A stretch of 64,000 nucleotides of DNA from an uncultured Spirochaetota bacterium. Lineage in GTDB: Bacteria; Spirochaetota; Brevinematia; Brevinematales; JAOACQ01. The notes beneath the pieces were generated by a model. That model made no database searches, was not told the DNA's origin, and worked only from the letters and a program-made list of their open reading frames with translations. Below, piece after piece: positions 63,182 through 64,000 of this stretch; position 1 is the stretch's first letter; every line of letters starts with the position of its first letter. The DNA is taken from the NCBI GenBank assembly GCA_963783575.1, contig CAWAOD010000006.1:32001-96000 (forward strand). Direction: 5' to 3'. Made by a program: the position numbers and the translations under genes.

Positions 63182-63889
63182 TTATTTAAATGTGGCAATT
63201 CCCATTTCTTTAAGCTTTTTTATGTTAAAATTAACCCTGAACAATTCATCCGGAAGCCCTGAGTTCAGAAAATATTCAGACCAGACCGAATGCTGAACGA
63301 GTTTATCATTTTCATAACCGTCAGCCTGGATGGGCAGGAAAGTGCCGGGATCAAGTATAATTTCTTCGGAAGACAGGCTGCCGTTTTTTACCGGATCGCC
63401 GGTTTTTCCCGTAAGCTTATAAGTGCCGTTTTCAAGGATTTTAACCGAATTATCCCCGTTCTTTAAATAAAAATGAAGCTTTTTTATTATCGACTCCAGA
63501 TCGGCGTCATCGATAGTCAGCCCCCTAACGGTAGTGACCATAGGATTATTTTTATCCATATCAAGAGCTATGCCTGACAGAATGCCGCCCTTCCGGCCGG
63601 TTATTTTATTTCCGCCTGTATAGACAGCAACACTGCCTTTGTCCATAGCTTTGTTTCCTTCCAGTATATCCGTACGGATCATTAGCGGTTTTTTGAAAAA
63701 ATAGTACATCAACCTTTTTTCATACTTTTGCCCGTTTGAACACCATTCGTCAACCTTGCACTGGTAGTCATTTATCGATGAATAAACCGTGTCAAGCTTT
63801 GCGAGAATACTCTCGGGAGTTATTTCCTGCGCGATAAGTCCATTAATTGTCATAAATAAAATGATAAAAACGAAAAATGATCTGATCAT
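63182..63889 (-). CDS. LolA-fold periplasmic protein
   Basis: GGAGG RBS; signal peptide; FKKPLMIR, LDPGTFLP, NSGLPDELF. Confidence 0.65.
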   Translation of the reverse strand: MIRSFFVFIILFMTINGLIAQEITPESILAKLDTVYSSINDYQCKVDEWCSNGQKYEKRLMYYFFKKPLMIRTDILEGNKAMDKGSVAVYTGGNKITGRKGGILSGIALDMDKNNPMVTTVRGLTIDDADLESIIKKLHFYLKNGDNSVKILENGTYKLTGKTGDPVKNGSLSSEEIILDPGTFLPIQADGYENDKLVQHSVWSEYFLNSGLPDELFRVNFNIKKLKEMGIATFK

Positions 63890-64000
63890 ATGCCGCCTCC
63901 GCCAAAATCTTATTTTATCCGGTATTCTGATTTTACCCCAACACCGGAATAAAAGCAAGATTTGTCTTCGACAGAGGTCTTTAAGACTGCAGTCTTTTCA

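Overview
AT-rich bacterial chromosomal window, probably from a diderm spirochaete-like organism (inferred from gene content and lipoprotein style; not proven). No rRNA, tRNA, CRISPR array, transposase, integrase or reverse transcriptase is recognisable. The left part (1-30.4 kb) is mostly housekeeping and signalling genes: radical SAM fragment, PCD, class III cyclase-like protein, GT4, hemW, nudC, topoisomerase II subunit A, pheST, ilvC, L,D-transpeptidase, PAS kinase plus receiver, TraB, murA and bcp. It also has a lamin-tail-domain protein with a T9SS-CTD-like tail beside a PorV-like barrel. The centre (30.7-47 kb) is a surface-lipoprotein island with two CsgG/TolB-N-like proteins and an operon of tiny lipoprotein, ECF sigma, FecR-PEGA-PQQ anti-sigma and beta-helix lipoprotein. 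The island also holds four lipoprotein genes plus one remnant that combine N-terminal heads with interchangeable LamG modules ending EIQALYHEGGW; the DNA mosaicism points to module shuffling. The right part (52.8-62.1 kb) is a co-oriented run of small accessory genes. It includes an AbrB/MazE-FliG_C fusion behind a perfect 20-bp palindrome and a serine hydrolase whose internal ~222 bp is inverted between short inverted repeats. Several genes, including essential pheS, carry 1-nt indels that are probably assembly errors, so single frameshifts should be read cautiously.
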